Shown one piece after another: positions 47,604 through 56,750 of a stretch of DNA of 64,000 bases. The stretch comes from Candidatus Falkowbacteria bacterium. Its GTDB lineage: Bacteria > Patescibacteriota > Patescibacteriia > Patescibacteriales > VMTK01. Below the pieces are notes generated by a model that searched no databases, was not told where the DNA came from, and was given only the letters and a program-made list of their open reading frames with translations. Position 1 is the first letter of the stretch. Every line of letters begins with the position of its first letter. A program made the position numbers and the translations under genes. The DNA is taken from contig VMTK01000005.1 in the NCBI GenBank assembly GCA_013791585.1, positions 18,484 through 82,483 on the forward strand. The letters run 5' to 3'.

Positions 47604-47825
47604 TAGATCCTATCATTAAAAAAGTGGACCTGAGGGGATTCGAACCCCTTACCCCCGCAACTTGCCCCGCCCCAAATTTCTGTGGACTCAGGGAGATTTG
47701 AACTCCCGGCCTCCGCAATGCGAATGCGGCGCTCTACCAACTGAGCTATGAGCCCTTGTAAAAATCATTAATTAAAATATATTTGTTAGACAACTAATTT
47801 GGGGCGGGGTGAAAATGCGATGCTC
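47604..47825 (-). tRNA. Interrupted tRNA(UUC)-like gene: exon 1 at 47789-47825, exon 2 at 47604-47639, with a 149-nt hairpin-flanked insert at position 37/38 (possibly a pseudogene)
   Basis: The halves GGGCCTGTAGCTCAGTTGGTAGAGCATCGCATTTTCA and TTGCGGGGGTAAGGGGTTCGAATCCCCTCAGGTCCA fold into a complete cloverleaf: 7-bp acceptor stem with G3:U70, D, anticodon and T arms, and loop TTTTCAT. The insert is closed by CCCCGCCCCAAATT / AATTTGGGGCGGGG and contains tRNA-Ala. Confidence 0.45.
47662..47734 (-). tRNA. tRNA-Ala (anticodon CGC), G3:U70 present, CCA not encoded
   Basis: GGGCTCA-TA-GCTC-AGTTGGTA-GAGC-G-CCGCA-TTCGCAT-TGCGG-AGGCC-GGGAG-TTCAAAT-CTCCC-TGAGTCC-A. Confidence 0.85.
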
Positions 47826-47917
47826 TACCAACTGAGCTACAGGCCCTTTTGAATTTTCGATTTTAGATTTTAAATTTTCGATTAAAACTTTAAAATAAAA
47901 ATCTTATTAATCATATA

Positions 47918-47983
47918 AACCCCGCACCTTTTGAGCAGTTGTTTTTCTGCATCAAAGATGCTCTGCTCAAAAGGTGCGGGGTT
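47918..47983. terminator. 21-bp-stem GC-rich hairpin 3' of the ppiB-like gene (family AACCCCGCACCTTTT / AAAAGGTGCGGGGTT)
   Basis: aaccccgcaccttttgagcag-(loop)-ctgctcaaaaggtgcggggtt. The same arms occur at 57862-57994 with an 85-nt loop. Confidence 0.45.
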
Positions 47984-48001
47984 TACATGATTTCTGTGAT
48001 G

Positions 48002-48721
48002 CTATTTTGCCAGCTCCATACTTTCAACCACCACATCCTCAATCGGATGATCTTGCTCATTAACCTCAACGGCTTCAATTTTTTCCACTATGTCCATGCC
48101 CTCAACAACATAGCCGAAATTAGTGTGCTTGTTGTCCAGCCATGGAGTCGCTTCACTGGTGACAATAAAAAATTGCGAGCCGTTGGTGTTAGGTCCGGAA
48201 TTCGCCATGGCCAAGCTTCCGCGAACTAATTTATGGCTGTTAAATTCATCTTGAAAACTGTAGCCCGGACCGCCCGTGCCGTCATTTGACCAATCATCGT
48301 CTTTGCTGTTCGGATCACCGCCTTGAATCATAAAATCCTTCATTACTCTATGAAATTTCGTGTTATTGTAAAATCCTATTTTAGCCAGATTTAAAAAATT
48401 ATTCACGGTTAACGGAGATTCCTGCCCGTAAAATTCCACTTTTATGTCGCCAAAATTAGTTTTGATAATCGCTTGATTGAATTCAGCGATTAAATTTTCC
48501 AGCTGAACCTGCTGCTGAGTTTGTTCGTCTGGCGCGGCGCTTGATTGTGTTTTTGCGGCCTGATTATTTTTTGTGTCATTAATTTTCTCCACGACATCGC
48601 TGTCGTCATAAGCGGAAGAATCGCTTGGAATATTTTTTTCATTCATAACTTTTTTTTGCGGAGCGGAAGAGCACCCTGTAATTAAAATTAATAAACTGAA
48701 TAATAATAAAAAAATCTTCAT
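48002..48721 (-). CDS. ppiB: Cyclophilin-type peptidyl-prolyl cis-trans isomerase, lipoprotein
   Basis: Lipobox LILITGCSS. Cyclophilin motifs FHRVMKDFMIQGGDP...GSLAMANSGPNTNGSQFFIV. Confidence 0.9.
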   Translation of the reverse strand: MKIFLLLFSLLILITGCSSAPQKKVMNEKNIPSDSSAYDDSDVVEKINDTKNNQAAKTQSSAAPDEQTQQQVQLENLIAEFNQAIIKTNFGDIKVEFYGQESPLTVNNFLNLAKIGFYNNTKFHRVMKDFMIQGGDPNSKDDDWSNDGTGGPGYSFQDEFNSHKLVRGSLAMANSGPNTNGSQFFIVTSEATPWLDNKHTNFGYVVEGMDIVEKIEAVEVNEQDHPIEDVVVESMELAK

Positions 48722-48761
48722 AAAAATTCACTTTAATTAATAGTTATAAAGTTATATTGTT

Positions 48762-48805
48762 ATGCGTTATGCGTTATGCGTTATGAGTTATGCGTTACGC
48801 GAAAA
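48762..48805. repeat. TTATGCG heptamer array
   Basis: gttatgcgttatgcgttatgcgttatgagttatgcgttacgcg lies between the ppiB-like gene and cca. Confidence 0.9.
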
Positions 48806-50380
48806 TCACTTCACCCAAAATTCTTTCTTCAGTTCGCTGTCATCTTCCATTTTTCTGTCTTCAATTTTTTCTTTGGCTTGGCCGCGCAATTCTTTTAATT
48901 CCATTTTATTCAATTCTTGGCTTCTGTTTTCTAAATATTCTTTATTATTCAGATCAGGATCATCAACCACTTCGGACAGCAAAACATCCAAAATAGCGCC
49001 GATTTTAGGACTTGGCTGGATTTTTAATAATTTCATTAATTCGTCTCCGTTTATTTTCAGCATTTTTACGGACAGCGGATCCTGGCGCACTTTTTCCATC
49101 ATATATTCCAGATGGCGGAGCTTATACGGCTTGGCTTTCGGCACGCCGGAACCGAGCCGGTCCGCTATCCGCAGATCAATCAAGTCTTTCAAGTTTTCTT
49201 CTCCTACTTTTTTAATCAAGCGCCGCACCGAGCTGGCTGTCACTTCATCAACATTATAATAAAACATGTGGTTGCGTATCAAGGCCGCGACTTTTTCAAT
49301 CTCATCATTGGAAAACTTCATCCGGCTCATAATCTTCTTGGCGATTTTCGCGCCTACTATGTCATGATTATAAAAAGTGGCGCCGCCGTTGATAATTTTT
49401 TTTGTCTGCGGCTTGGCAATATCATGAAGCAGCGCGGCAAGCTTGACGCGCCAATCATTGCTTGGACAGAATTTCAATGACAATACGCAATGCCTGAAAA
49501 CAGAATGAATATGATGCTTGCATTGCCCCACCCCCACTCCTCTTTCCAGCTCCGGCATAATATACTGAAGCAATTTATTTTGATGCAAAAACATTATGCC
49601 TTCGTAAGCTTTATTAGACTTTAATATTTTAATCAACTCATCTTTTATTCTTTCATTGGCAATGAATTTTATGCCGCCGGCCATTTTCTTTATCGCCCGC
49701 TCGGTTTTCGGCTCAATGTCAAAATTCAACTCGCAAGCCAGGCGAATCGCCCGCATCATGCGCAAAGCGTCTTCCTTAAACCTGTCGGACGGCTCCCCTA
49801 CCGCCCTGATAATCCTTTTTTTAATATCTTTCTGCCCGCCGAATAAATCAATAATTTGAAAATTATCATTTTTAACTCCCTTCTCCCGTGAAGCGATAGC
49901 GGGAGAGGGGCTGGGGGTGAGGGCAACAGCCATTGCGTTTATCGTAAAATCGCGCCTGGACAAATCCTTCTCCAAACTATCCTCAAATCTAACCTCATCC
50001 GGGTGCCTCCTGTCAGAATATCCCTGTTCACTGCGATAAGTCGTCACCTCAACAACTGTCTTGTTTTCGTCCTCCTTCGCTAATGCTTCGGCGGATAAAT
50101 GTTTTCGTGTTTTCGTGTTTTCGCGTTTTCGCGTTTTCGTGTTTTCGCGTTCTACGGGAATTATCACAGTCCCAAAAACATTCTCATACTTTCCATCAGG
50201 AAAAATCTTTAAAATTTCTTCCGGCTTGGCATTAGTGGTAATGTCCCAATCTTTAGGTATAATGGAGCGCAATAAATCACGCACGCATCCGCCAACCGCA
50301 TACGCTTCATGGCCTGCTTGCTCCAGTTTGTCTATTATATTTTTTATATATTCTGGTATTTTCATATTAAAACTATACAA
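48806..50380 (-). CDS. cca: CCA-adding enzyme / tRNA nucleotidyltransferase with HD domain
   Basis: N-terminal AGHEAYAVGGCVRDLLRSIIPKDWDITT (polymerase-beta NTase) and an HD domain (LHDIAKP...). In-frame 8-nt repeat (50099-50157, ENTKTRKRENTKTRKH) and palindromic element (49874-49925). Confidence 0.85.
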   Translation of the reverse strand: MYSFNMKIPEYIKNIIDKLEQAGHEAYAVGGCVRDLLRSIIPKDWDITTNAKPEEILKIFPDGKYENVFGTVIIPVERENTKTRKRENTKTRKHLSAEALAKEDENKTVVEVTTYRSEQGYSDRRHPDEVRFEDSLEKDLSRRDFTINAMAVALTPSPSPAIASREKGVKNDNFQIIDLFGGQKDIKKRIIRAVGEPSDRFKEDALRMMRAIRLACELNFDIEPKTERAIKKMAGGIKFIANERIKDELIKILKSNKAYEGIMFLHQNKLLQYIMPELERGVGVGQCKHHIHSVFRHCVLSLKFCPSNDWRVKLAALLHDIAKPQTKKIINGGATFYNHDIVGAKIAKKIMSRMKFSNDEIEKVAALIRNHMFYYNVDEVTASSVRRLIKKVGEENLKDLIDLRIADRLGSGVPKAKPYKLRHLEYMMEKVRQDPLSVKMLKINGDELMKLLKIQPSPKIGAILDVLLSEVVDDPDLNNKEYLENRSQELNKMELKELRGQAKEKIEDRKMEDDSELKKEFWVK

Positions 50381-50550
50381 TATCTATTAATTATAGTCAA
50401 AAAAAACAGCATTACAAATATGCCGCTTTCAAAATCCCAAATTTCAAGCACCAAATCACAAACAAATCTCAATTACCAAAACCACAAATCACAAACTGTT
50501 TGGAATTTTAAAAATTGAGATTTTGAATTTATGCTAATCTATTTATTTTA

Positions 50551-51111
50551 TCACATTCTCTTCAACCACTTCAACGTTACCCATGCAATAACACCTCCGG
50601 CAACTGCCGTGGCAAACTGCGGCCAGCTCATCATCTGCGCGACTTTAATTGCTAATTCTTGTTTGAGCAATAATTTGGAAATAAAATTAACGCTAAAAAA
50701 TAAAAAGCTGAATTTCAAGCCGGCGCCAATAATAACCCCAAGCCAATAATTTTTAACGTTATTGGGAGTTATTTGGCGTAAATTAGCGAAATAATCAACA
50801 CATAAAACAAGCATCACATTGCCAATCATTATAAAAGGAACAACCGGAGCCAGAATTACCGGCAGAAGCCCGCCGGCCAAAGCCATCATACTAGGCACCA
50901 TGCAAAGCACCAAGGCGCTGCGCGCGCCCACAAGAAATAAAGTTAAAATTAAAATCGCGTTAACGATTGGCCCTGTTATGAATTGGACATGGACGACAAA
51001 AGGCAAAAAAATTGCCGCGCCGGCCAATCCTAAAAATTGAGCCGCGGCGCGAACATCAACCCGCGCCATTATTTGTTCTTTTGTGTATAACATATTTTTC
51101 TCGTAACTCAT
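50551..51111 (-). CDS. Polytopic membrane protein (ECF-transporter S-component-like)
   Basis: 186 aa with 5-6 TM helices. Only weak similarity to S-component/QueT-type proteins. Confidence 0.35.
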   Translation of the reverse strand: MSYEKNMLYTKEQIMARVDVRAAAQFLGLAGAAIFLPFVVHVQFITGPIVNAILILTLFLVGARSALVLCMVPSMMALAGGLLPVILAPVVPFIMIGNVMLVLCVDYFANLRQITPNNVKNYWLGVIIGAGLKFSFLFFSVNFISKLLLKQELAIKVAQMMSWPQFATAVAGGVIAWVTLKWLKRM

Positions 51112-51163
51112 AACGCGTAACGCGTAACGATTTATTATATAAAATTATTAAACAGATACTTAT

Positions 51164-51270
51164 TTCCGCTTCGCCGCAGTCTTCCCGCAGTATTGCGGGA
51201 GACTGCGGCGGTTCGCCTGCTTGTCCGCCGCAGTCCCTTTCAGGAGACTGCGGCGCAGCGGGAAAGCGGA
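51164..51270 (-). ncRNA. Twin-hairpin GC-rich element (copy B)
   Basis: cgccgcagtcttcccgcagtattgcgggagactgcggcg ... ccgccgcagtccctttcaggagactgcggcg. Outer pairing ttccgctt / aagcggaa. Compare copy A at 21322-21406. Confidence 0.45.
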
Positions 51271-51274
51271 AAAA

Positions 51275-51553
51275 TTACTCCGTCATTATATTATTTTTCG
51301 CGACAATCCCATAAAGTCCGTCTAATTTCTTTGTCAAATCATTAATCTCGTCAGCCGTTCCTTCAACCGCGACAGTGATCAAGCCCGCGCAGTTTTCAAC
51401 GCAGCTGCGCCGGACATTTACGCCAATCCGAGCCATGACTAAATGCCCATGTTCGGTTAAAATCCGCTGAACATCATTTGCGTGAGCCTGCCTATCTTTG
51501 ACCAGAATCGTAATTGTCGCTAAATGTTTTTTATTGGACATATATTTAATCAA
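51275..51553 (-). CDS. Small ACT-like domain protein (TM1266-family-like putative regulator)
   Basis: 92 aa with an ATITILVKDR...ITVAVEGTADEINDL ferredoxin-like/ACT pattern. Confidence 0.35.
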   Translation of the reverse strand: MIKYMSNKKHLATITILVKDRQAHANDVQRILTEHGHLVMARIGVNVRRSCVENCAGLITVAVEGTADEINDLTKKLDGLYGIVAKNNIMTE

Positions 51554-51745
51554 TGCTTACAAATTTAAATACTAAATTGTTGAATATTATTTTTTCTTAT
51601 TAAAATATTCCTGCAAATATGGTTATATGGCTATATGGTTGTAAAATTTTATAACAATATAACCATATGACCATATAGCAATATACTAATATAATAGCAT
51701 AAAATTACTTATTAAACTAACTAAATAAGAGTTGCGCGTTATGCG

Positions 51746-53119
51746 TTATGCGTTACGCGCCGCAATCCACTCTTCGCCCTGTCTAACTAATAATTCTTTC
51801 GCCCTAAGCGGCTCGGACATAATTTCTTTAACAATTTTCTCCATGCGCATGCCTTGAGAACCTTTAATTAAAATCAAATCGCCTTCATTGATTCTATCCT
51901 GAATAAATTTCCCGGCATCCCCGGCGGCCGCAAAATGAAATATGTTATCAGGAAGCATTCCTGCTTTTTCCGCTCCTCCGGCAATATCGCGCGATCTTTC
52001 TCCGACAACTATTAATTTGTCAATCCCGGATTCAAAAACCAGGCGGCCGGCTTTTCTGTGCTCTTCTTCGCTAACGCTGCCCAGCTCAAGCATGTCGCCT
52101 AAAACCGCGAACTTTCTGGCTCCGCTTGCCAAAGGTATTTTGTTTAACATATCCAGCGCCGACGCCAAAGACTGCGGAGACGAATTGTAAGTGTCATCAA
52201 TAATTAAAGTATTTTTTATGCCCGGTATCAAATTCATTCTTCCTGTTGGAGATTTGAATTCTGACAGCGCTTCTGCTATTTCCGTTAAATTTAAGCCATA
52301 AGCTATGCCGACAGCCGCGGCGGACAAGGCGGCATAAACTGCGGCGCGGCCTATCACATTAGGCAATAAAATATTGGCTGATGAATTATTATGGCTGATT
52401 TTAAAGCTAATGCCGGCTAATTTTCCTGCCATGCTTTCCTTCGGTTCATTAAGATTGGAAAAATTAAAGACTAATTCCCGCGCTCTTACGCCGGCGCCGC
52501 TGTTAAAGCCATAGGTTAAAATTTTAGCTTTGCTTAATCTGGCAATTCGCATCACTTTTTTATCATCATAATTCAAAACCGCCCAGCCGGATTTCGGCAA
52601 AGCTTCAATCAGCTTGCCTTTTTCTTTTTGTATATTCTCTATCGTACCGAAAAACTCCAAATGGACAGGCCCTATTGCCGTAAGCACCCCTGTTTTACTT
52701 TTGGCTATTTTATTTAAATAATCCATGTCCCCGGGACGGTCTACGCCCATTTCCAAAATTAGAATTTTAGGATAATTTTTATCTTGAATTAAAATTAATT
52801 TTAGCGCTTTCCAGAAAACAAAAAACCAGCCAAGAATGGATTTGCCCGGAGATTCGGAACCGATAACGGTTAATGGCGCGCCGATTTCGTTGTTATAGTT
52901 TTTTATATTTTTTCGCGCGCTGAATTTTGAAGCAAGCACGGTATAAATAGCTTCTTTGGAACTTGTTTTGCCAACGCTTCCCGTGATGCCGATAATATCC
53001 GGCTTATACTTGGCTAAAATAATCTTGGCTAAAATTTTTAGTTTTAACTGGATTAATTTTTTCATATTTAAAATAAAAAAATAAAAAAAGTAATAAAATA
53101 ATAAAAACATAGATGTCAT
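51746..53119 (-). CDS. murF: UDP-N-acetylmuramoyl-tripeptide--D-alanyl-D-alanine ligase
   Basis: GITGSVGKTSSKE, NYNNEIGAPLTV and LEMGVDRPGD are Mur ligase motifs. It lies in the dcw cluster. The true start is probably MKKLIQL, downstream of the longest-ORF start. Confidence 0.85.
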   Translation of the reverse strand: MTSMFLLFYYFFYFFILNMKKLIQLKLKILAKIILAKYKPDIIGITGSVGKTSSKEAIYTVLASKFSARKNIKNYNNEIGAPLTVIGSESPGKSILGWFFVFWKALKLILIQDKNYPKILILEMGVDRPGDMDYLNKIAKSKTGVLTAIGPVHLEFFGTIENIQKEKGKLIEALPKSGWAVLNYDDKKVMRIARLSKAKILTYGFNSGAGVRARELVFNFSNLNEPKESMAGKLAGISFKISHNNSSANILLPNVIGRAAVYAALSAAAVGIAYGLNLTEIAEALSEFKSPTGRMNLIPGIKNTLIIDDTYNSSPQSLASALDMLNKIPLASGARKFAVLGDMLELGSVSEEEHRKAGRLVFESGIDKLIVVGERSRDIAGGAEKAGMLPDNIFHFAAAGDAGKFIQDRINEGDLILIKGSQGMRMEKIVKEIMSEPLRAKELLVRQGEEWIAARNA

Positions 53120-53150
53120 ATTATTTTATTATTTTATTATTTATGATATT

Positions 53151-55037
53151 TTAACGCTCTCTCGGCACTTGATAATAATTTAAAATAAATTCCGCTATTT
53201 CGCCGAATAGGGGCGCGGCTGTTGACGCCGCGTATTTGGCGGATTTAGGATTGTCCAGCTTAACCAGCATAACAAACTTGGGATCTTCTACCGGCGCAAA
53301 GCCGACAAATGAATGGATTGTCTTGCTGCCGTATCCCCTTTTTTCAATATCAGCCACCTGCGCGGTGCCTGTTTTGCCGGCCACGTAATATCCATTAACG
53401 CTCGCCAGCTTGGCGTGTCCGCTATCTACTACATTAACAAGCATGGCGGAAACAAGCAATGACGAACGCGGAGAAATAACTTGCCTTATTTGCCGCGGCT
53501 TGGTAATTATTTTTGAGCCGTCATAATTAATAATTTCTTGGACTAAATACGGCTTCATTAAAATCCCATTGTTGGCAATCGCGCCGTAAGCGCTGATGAT
53601 CTGCAAAGGCGTTACGGTAATGCCCTGCCCGAAAGAAGCGGTAGCCGCTTCCACCTCCCTGATATCGCTTCTTGTTAAACTGGAAATATTTCCTCCGCCT
53701 TCAGTTTCCAGTTCAATGCCTGTTTTTTCGCCGAAATTGAATTTTTTAACATAGTCCGCGAATACTTTAGCGCCTGTCTGCTCCATGGCGTAAATGGCGC
53801 CGGTGTTCAAAGATGCCACTAAAACCGTATTCATATCAACTATACCGTGCCCGCCATAGCTTTCATAGTCTGAATTCTTAATCGGCCAGCCGTCAATTGT
53901 AAGCATCCCTTCATCGTTATAAGTTGTTTCAGGCGATACTTTGTCCTGGTCTATGGCGGCTGCCATGGTTATGCTTTTAAAAATAGAGCCCGGCTCGTAT
54001 TCGCTGAAAATCGCCGGATTATTATAAACGCTTATATTTTCAACGTCTTTATAATCATTGGGATCATAATCGGGCCAAGAGCACATGGCAAGTATTGCTC
54101 CGTTTTTCGGATCCATTATGATAATACTCCCGCCTTCAGCGCCGTACCGCAAAGCTGCTTCATTCAGTTTATCGCAAGCCATGAATTGTATAGGCCTATT
54201 AATTGTTAAAACAAAATCGCTGCCGTTTTGCGGCTTGTTATATTTCCTATCATTAATAATAACCACGCCCCCGGAAGCCGAGCGCTCCGCGTTGATTGAC
54301 CCGAATTTTCCGTAAAGTTCTTCGTCAAAAAAACCTTCTATCCCGTAGCGGCCTCTCTTGTCATCGCCGACATAGCCGACAAAACCCAGAATATGGGATC
54401 CAATATTATCTTCCGGATAAAAACGATATTTTTTCATAATATAGCCAATCCCCGGCATATCCAATTGTTTTATTTTTTCCAGCGCTTCTCCGCCGACCTT
54501 GTCCGCTATCGGTTCGTAAGGATCATTTTTTTTAGATAAAATTTCTAAATATTTTTTTATAATAACGTCTTTTCTTAAATTCATCTCTGCTTCTTTTTTT
54601 ATTGGTTTAAATTTTTCATCTAACACCTCTCCTTGTTCCTGAAGCTCCATGAGTAATTCATCCGCTTCTTTTTCCGTCCGGCTCTGATCAAAAATTAAAT
54701 AAATTTGCTCTGCTAAATTTTCAGCGTCTACAACTTCTTTGGGGATAGAGTAAACAAGCGCGAATTCTTTGTTGGTTGCCATGGGGTAAATTTTACCTTC
54801 TGAGTTTTCAGCGCTGTCTTTAATGTAAATACTGCCTCTGTCCGGCTCTAAAATACTTGAAATTCCATGCTGTCCGGACGCTTGCGCCTTATAGAAATCA
54901 TAGTCAACCGCCTGTAAATTAAACAGCCTGTAAAGCATTAAAAAGCCCAATAAAAAAACAAGCGCCATTATTAGATAAATGCGATTGTTATATTGGTTAA
55001 TGGTATTGTTTTTTTCTTTTCTGCGCCAAGAATTCAT
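53151..55037 (-). CDS. ftsI: Class B penicillin-binding protein (FtsI/PBP2 transpeptidase)
   Basis: SxxK (GSIFK), SLN (SLNTG) and KTG (GKTGTA) motifs. I place the start at the internal Met MNSWRR (55037). The longer ORF reaching 55112 would read through the AAATTTG repeat. Confidence 0.85.
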   Translation of the reverse strand: MNSWRRKEKNNTINQYNNRIYLIMALVFLLGFLMLYRLFNLQAVDYDFYKAQASGQHGISSILEPDRGSIYIKDSAENSEGKIYPMATNKEFALVYSIPKEVVDAENLAEQIYLIFDQSRTEKEADELLMELQEQGEVLDEKFKPIKKEAEMNLRKDVIIKKYLEILSKKNDPYEPIADKVGGEALEKIKQLDMPGIGYIMKKYRFYPEDNIGSHILGFVGYVGDDKRGRYGIEGFFDEELYGKFGSINAERSASGGVVIINDRKYNKPQNGSDFVLTINRPIQFMACDKLNEAALRYGAEGGSIIIMDPKNGAILAMCSWPDYDPNDYKDVENISVYNNPAIFSEYEPGSIFKSITMAAAIDQDKVSPETTYNDEGMLTIDGWPIKNSDYESYGGHGIVDMNTVLVASLNTGAIYAMEQTGAKVFADYVKKFNFGEKTGIELETEGGGNISSLTRSDIREVEAATASFGQGITVTPLQIISAYGAIANNGILMKPYLVQEIINYDGSKIITKPRQIRQVISPRSSLLVSAMLVNVVDSGHAKLASVNGYYVAGKTGTAQVADIEKRGYGSKTIHSFVGFAPVEDPKFVMLVKLDNPKSAKYAASTAAPLFGEIAEFILNYYQVPRER

Positions 55038-55155
55038 AGTAATTTGAAATTTGAAATTAGTAATTCGGAAATTATTGCGAAAAAACCAAATTTCCAATTT
55101 CCCCGCAGCCAAACAAATTTAGTGCGGGACAGGCAAATTTCAAATTTCCGCATAT

Positions 55156-55470
55156 TTATCTTTTTATAGCAACAGCTCCCGCTCCCATGGTTATATATTC
55201 CATTTCTCCGGCAGCAACCATGTCCAATTCAGCCACTCTTTGATTGACATCGCTATATGAATTCAAAGACATTTGCCTAATGTTAAGATTGCCATTCTCA
55301 TTATTCAAGCTGTTGGCTTTTAATTTTAATTCTTGAAGTTTGAAGCTTTTCACGGATATATCGTTGGTTCCGGTCAAATAATAAACGCCGCAAACTATTA
55401 TCAAAATAAATAAAATTTTATTGAATATTTCCAAATTGAATTTTCTTTTATTTTTGTTTTCTTGAGCCAT
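55156..55470 (-). CDS. FtsL/DivIC-like cell division protein
   Basis: 104 aa with a single TM segment plus a coiled coil, at the ftsL position between rsmH and ftsI. Confidence 0.5.
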   Translation of the reverse strand: MAQENKNKRKFNLEIFNKILFILIIVCGVYYLTGTNDISVKSFKLQELKLKANSLNNENGNLNIRQMSLNSYSDVNQRVAELDMVAAGEMEYITMGAGAVAIKR

Positions 55471-55497
55471 AAGATTTATTATTTTATTATTTTATTA

Positions 55498-55660
55498 TTT
55501 TCGCGTTTTCGTGTTTTCGTGTTTTCGTGTTTTTGTGTTTTCGTGTTTTGAGGCGAAGCCGAGTGTTTTCGTGTTTTGAGGCGAAGCCGAGTGTTTTTGT
55601 GTTTTGAGGCGAAGCCGAGTGTTTTCGTGTTTTGAGGCGAAGCCGAGTGTTTTTGTGTTT
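55498..55660. repeat. Tandem repeat block: about five 8-nt units followed by four 28-bp units (gaggcgaagccgagtgttttYgtgtttt)
   Basis: Direct repeats with no spacers lie between ftsL and rsmH. Confidence 0.9.
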
Positions 55661-56624
55661 AAATCTTCTCCGCGGCCCTTAGCTTGGCGCTGCGGGATCT
55701 TGGATTTTTTGCGGCCTCCTCCTTGCCGGCCGCAACAATCCCGCGGGTTAATATTTTAAGCTGCTGTTTGTGTTCGCATTGGCAGACAGGATAACCGGGA
55801 GGGCAAAGGCAGCCGCGCGATTCTTGTCTGAAAAAATTCTTTGCAATCCTGTCTTCCAAGCTATGATAAGACACAACCACTATCTTTCCGCCTTGAGCCA
55901 ATAAATCAACGGCTTGGGGCAATGTTTTTTTTAAATTTTCAAGTTCATTGTTGGAAGCAATGCGCAATGCCTGAAAAGTTTTAGTGGCGCAATTAATCTT
56001 TTTTCTTTTATAAAAATCCGGAACCGCCTGATTTATGATTTCAACCAGCCGCCCTGTTGTTTTTATTGATTTTAATTCGCGGCATTCAACGATCTTCCGC
56101 GCGATTCTTTTAGCAAATCTCTCCTCCCCATATTCCCTAATAATCTTTTCCAATTTCTCCTGCTTCCAATTATTAACAATATCCTCTGTTGTCCGACATC
56201 CGAAGTCCGACATCTGACATCCGAAACTCATATTTAGCGGGGTATCCAGCTGAAAAGAAAATCCCCTGCTCCTGTCCGCGAGTTGAGCTGATGATAGCCC
56301 CAAATCAAAAACAATGCCATCAACCTTTTTTTTATGAAAATATTTTTTTGTAATTTTGGTGGTGTTTTTAAAATTTTCATTTGCTAAAATTATATTTTGA
56401 AATTTGAAATTTGAAATTTGAAATTTGGCGTTTTCTATCGCCATTTTATCCAAATCAATGGCAATAATTTTCCCTTTTGGCCCGATTCTTTCAGCGATTG
56501 CGACAGTGTAGCCGGCTCCGCCCAAAGTGCAGTCAATAAAATATTGTCCTGGCTGCGGATCAAGATAATTTAGCGCCTCATTCAGCATCACTGGAATATG
56601 TTTGTAATTCATTGATTTATCCAA
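55659..56624 (-). CDS. rsmH: 16S rRNA (cytosine1402-N4)-methyltransferase RsmH (MraW)
   Basis: HIPVMLNEALNYLDPQPGQYFIDCTLGGAGYT... identifies RsmH. In-frame heptamer insertions (NFKFQISNFKFQ at 56378-56425; MSDFGCRTT at 56190-56225). Confidence 0.9.
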   Translation of the reverse strand: MDKSMNYKHIPVMLNEALNYLDPQPGQYFIDCTLGGAGYTVAIAERIGPKGKIIAIDLDKMAIENAKFQISNFKFQNIILANENFKNTTKITKKYFHKKKVDGIVFDLGLSSAQLADRSRGFSFQLDTPLNMSFGCQMSDFGCRTTEDIVNNWKQEKLEKIIREYGEERFAKRIARKIVECRELKSIKTTGRLVEIINQAVPDFYKRKKINCATKTFQALRIASNNELENLKKTLPQAVDLLAQGGKIVVVSYHSLEDRIAKNFFRQESRGCLCPPGYPVCQCEHKQQLKILTRGIVAAGKEEAAKNPRSRSAKLRAAEKI

Positions 56625-56629
56625 AACTC

Positions 56630-56750
56630 GTTACGAGTTATGCGTTATGCGTTATGCGTTATGCGTTATGCGTTATGCGTTATGCGTTATGCGTTATGCG
56701 TTATGCGTTATGCGTTATGCGTTATGCGTTATGCGTTACGAGTTATGCAC
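56630..56750. repeat. Long TTATGCG heptamer array (about 15 units)
   Basis: gttatgcgttatgcg... lies immediately upstream of rsmH. Confidence 0.95.

Noticed and set aside
47640-47788. Group I intron in the tRNA anticodon loop
   Set aside because: The 149-nt insert is too short for a group I intron, has no P/Q/R/S-like core, and mostly consists of a complete tRNA-Ala. I kept it as an unexplained insertion instead.
55498-55660. Four 28-bp direct repeats, read as a possible CRISPR array
   Set aside because: The repeats are contiguous with no unique spacers and are preceded by the same 8-nt microsatellite. No cas genes are nearby. This is a tandem-repeat block, not a CRISPR.
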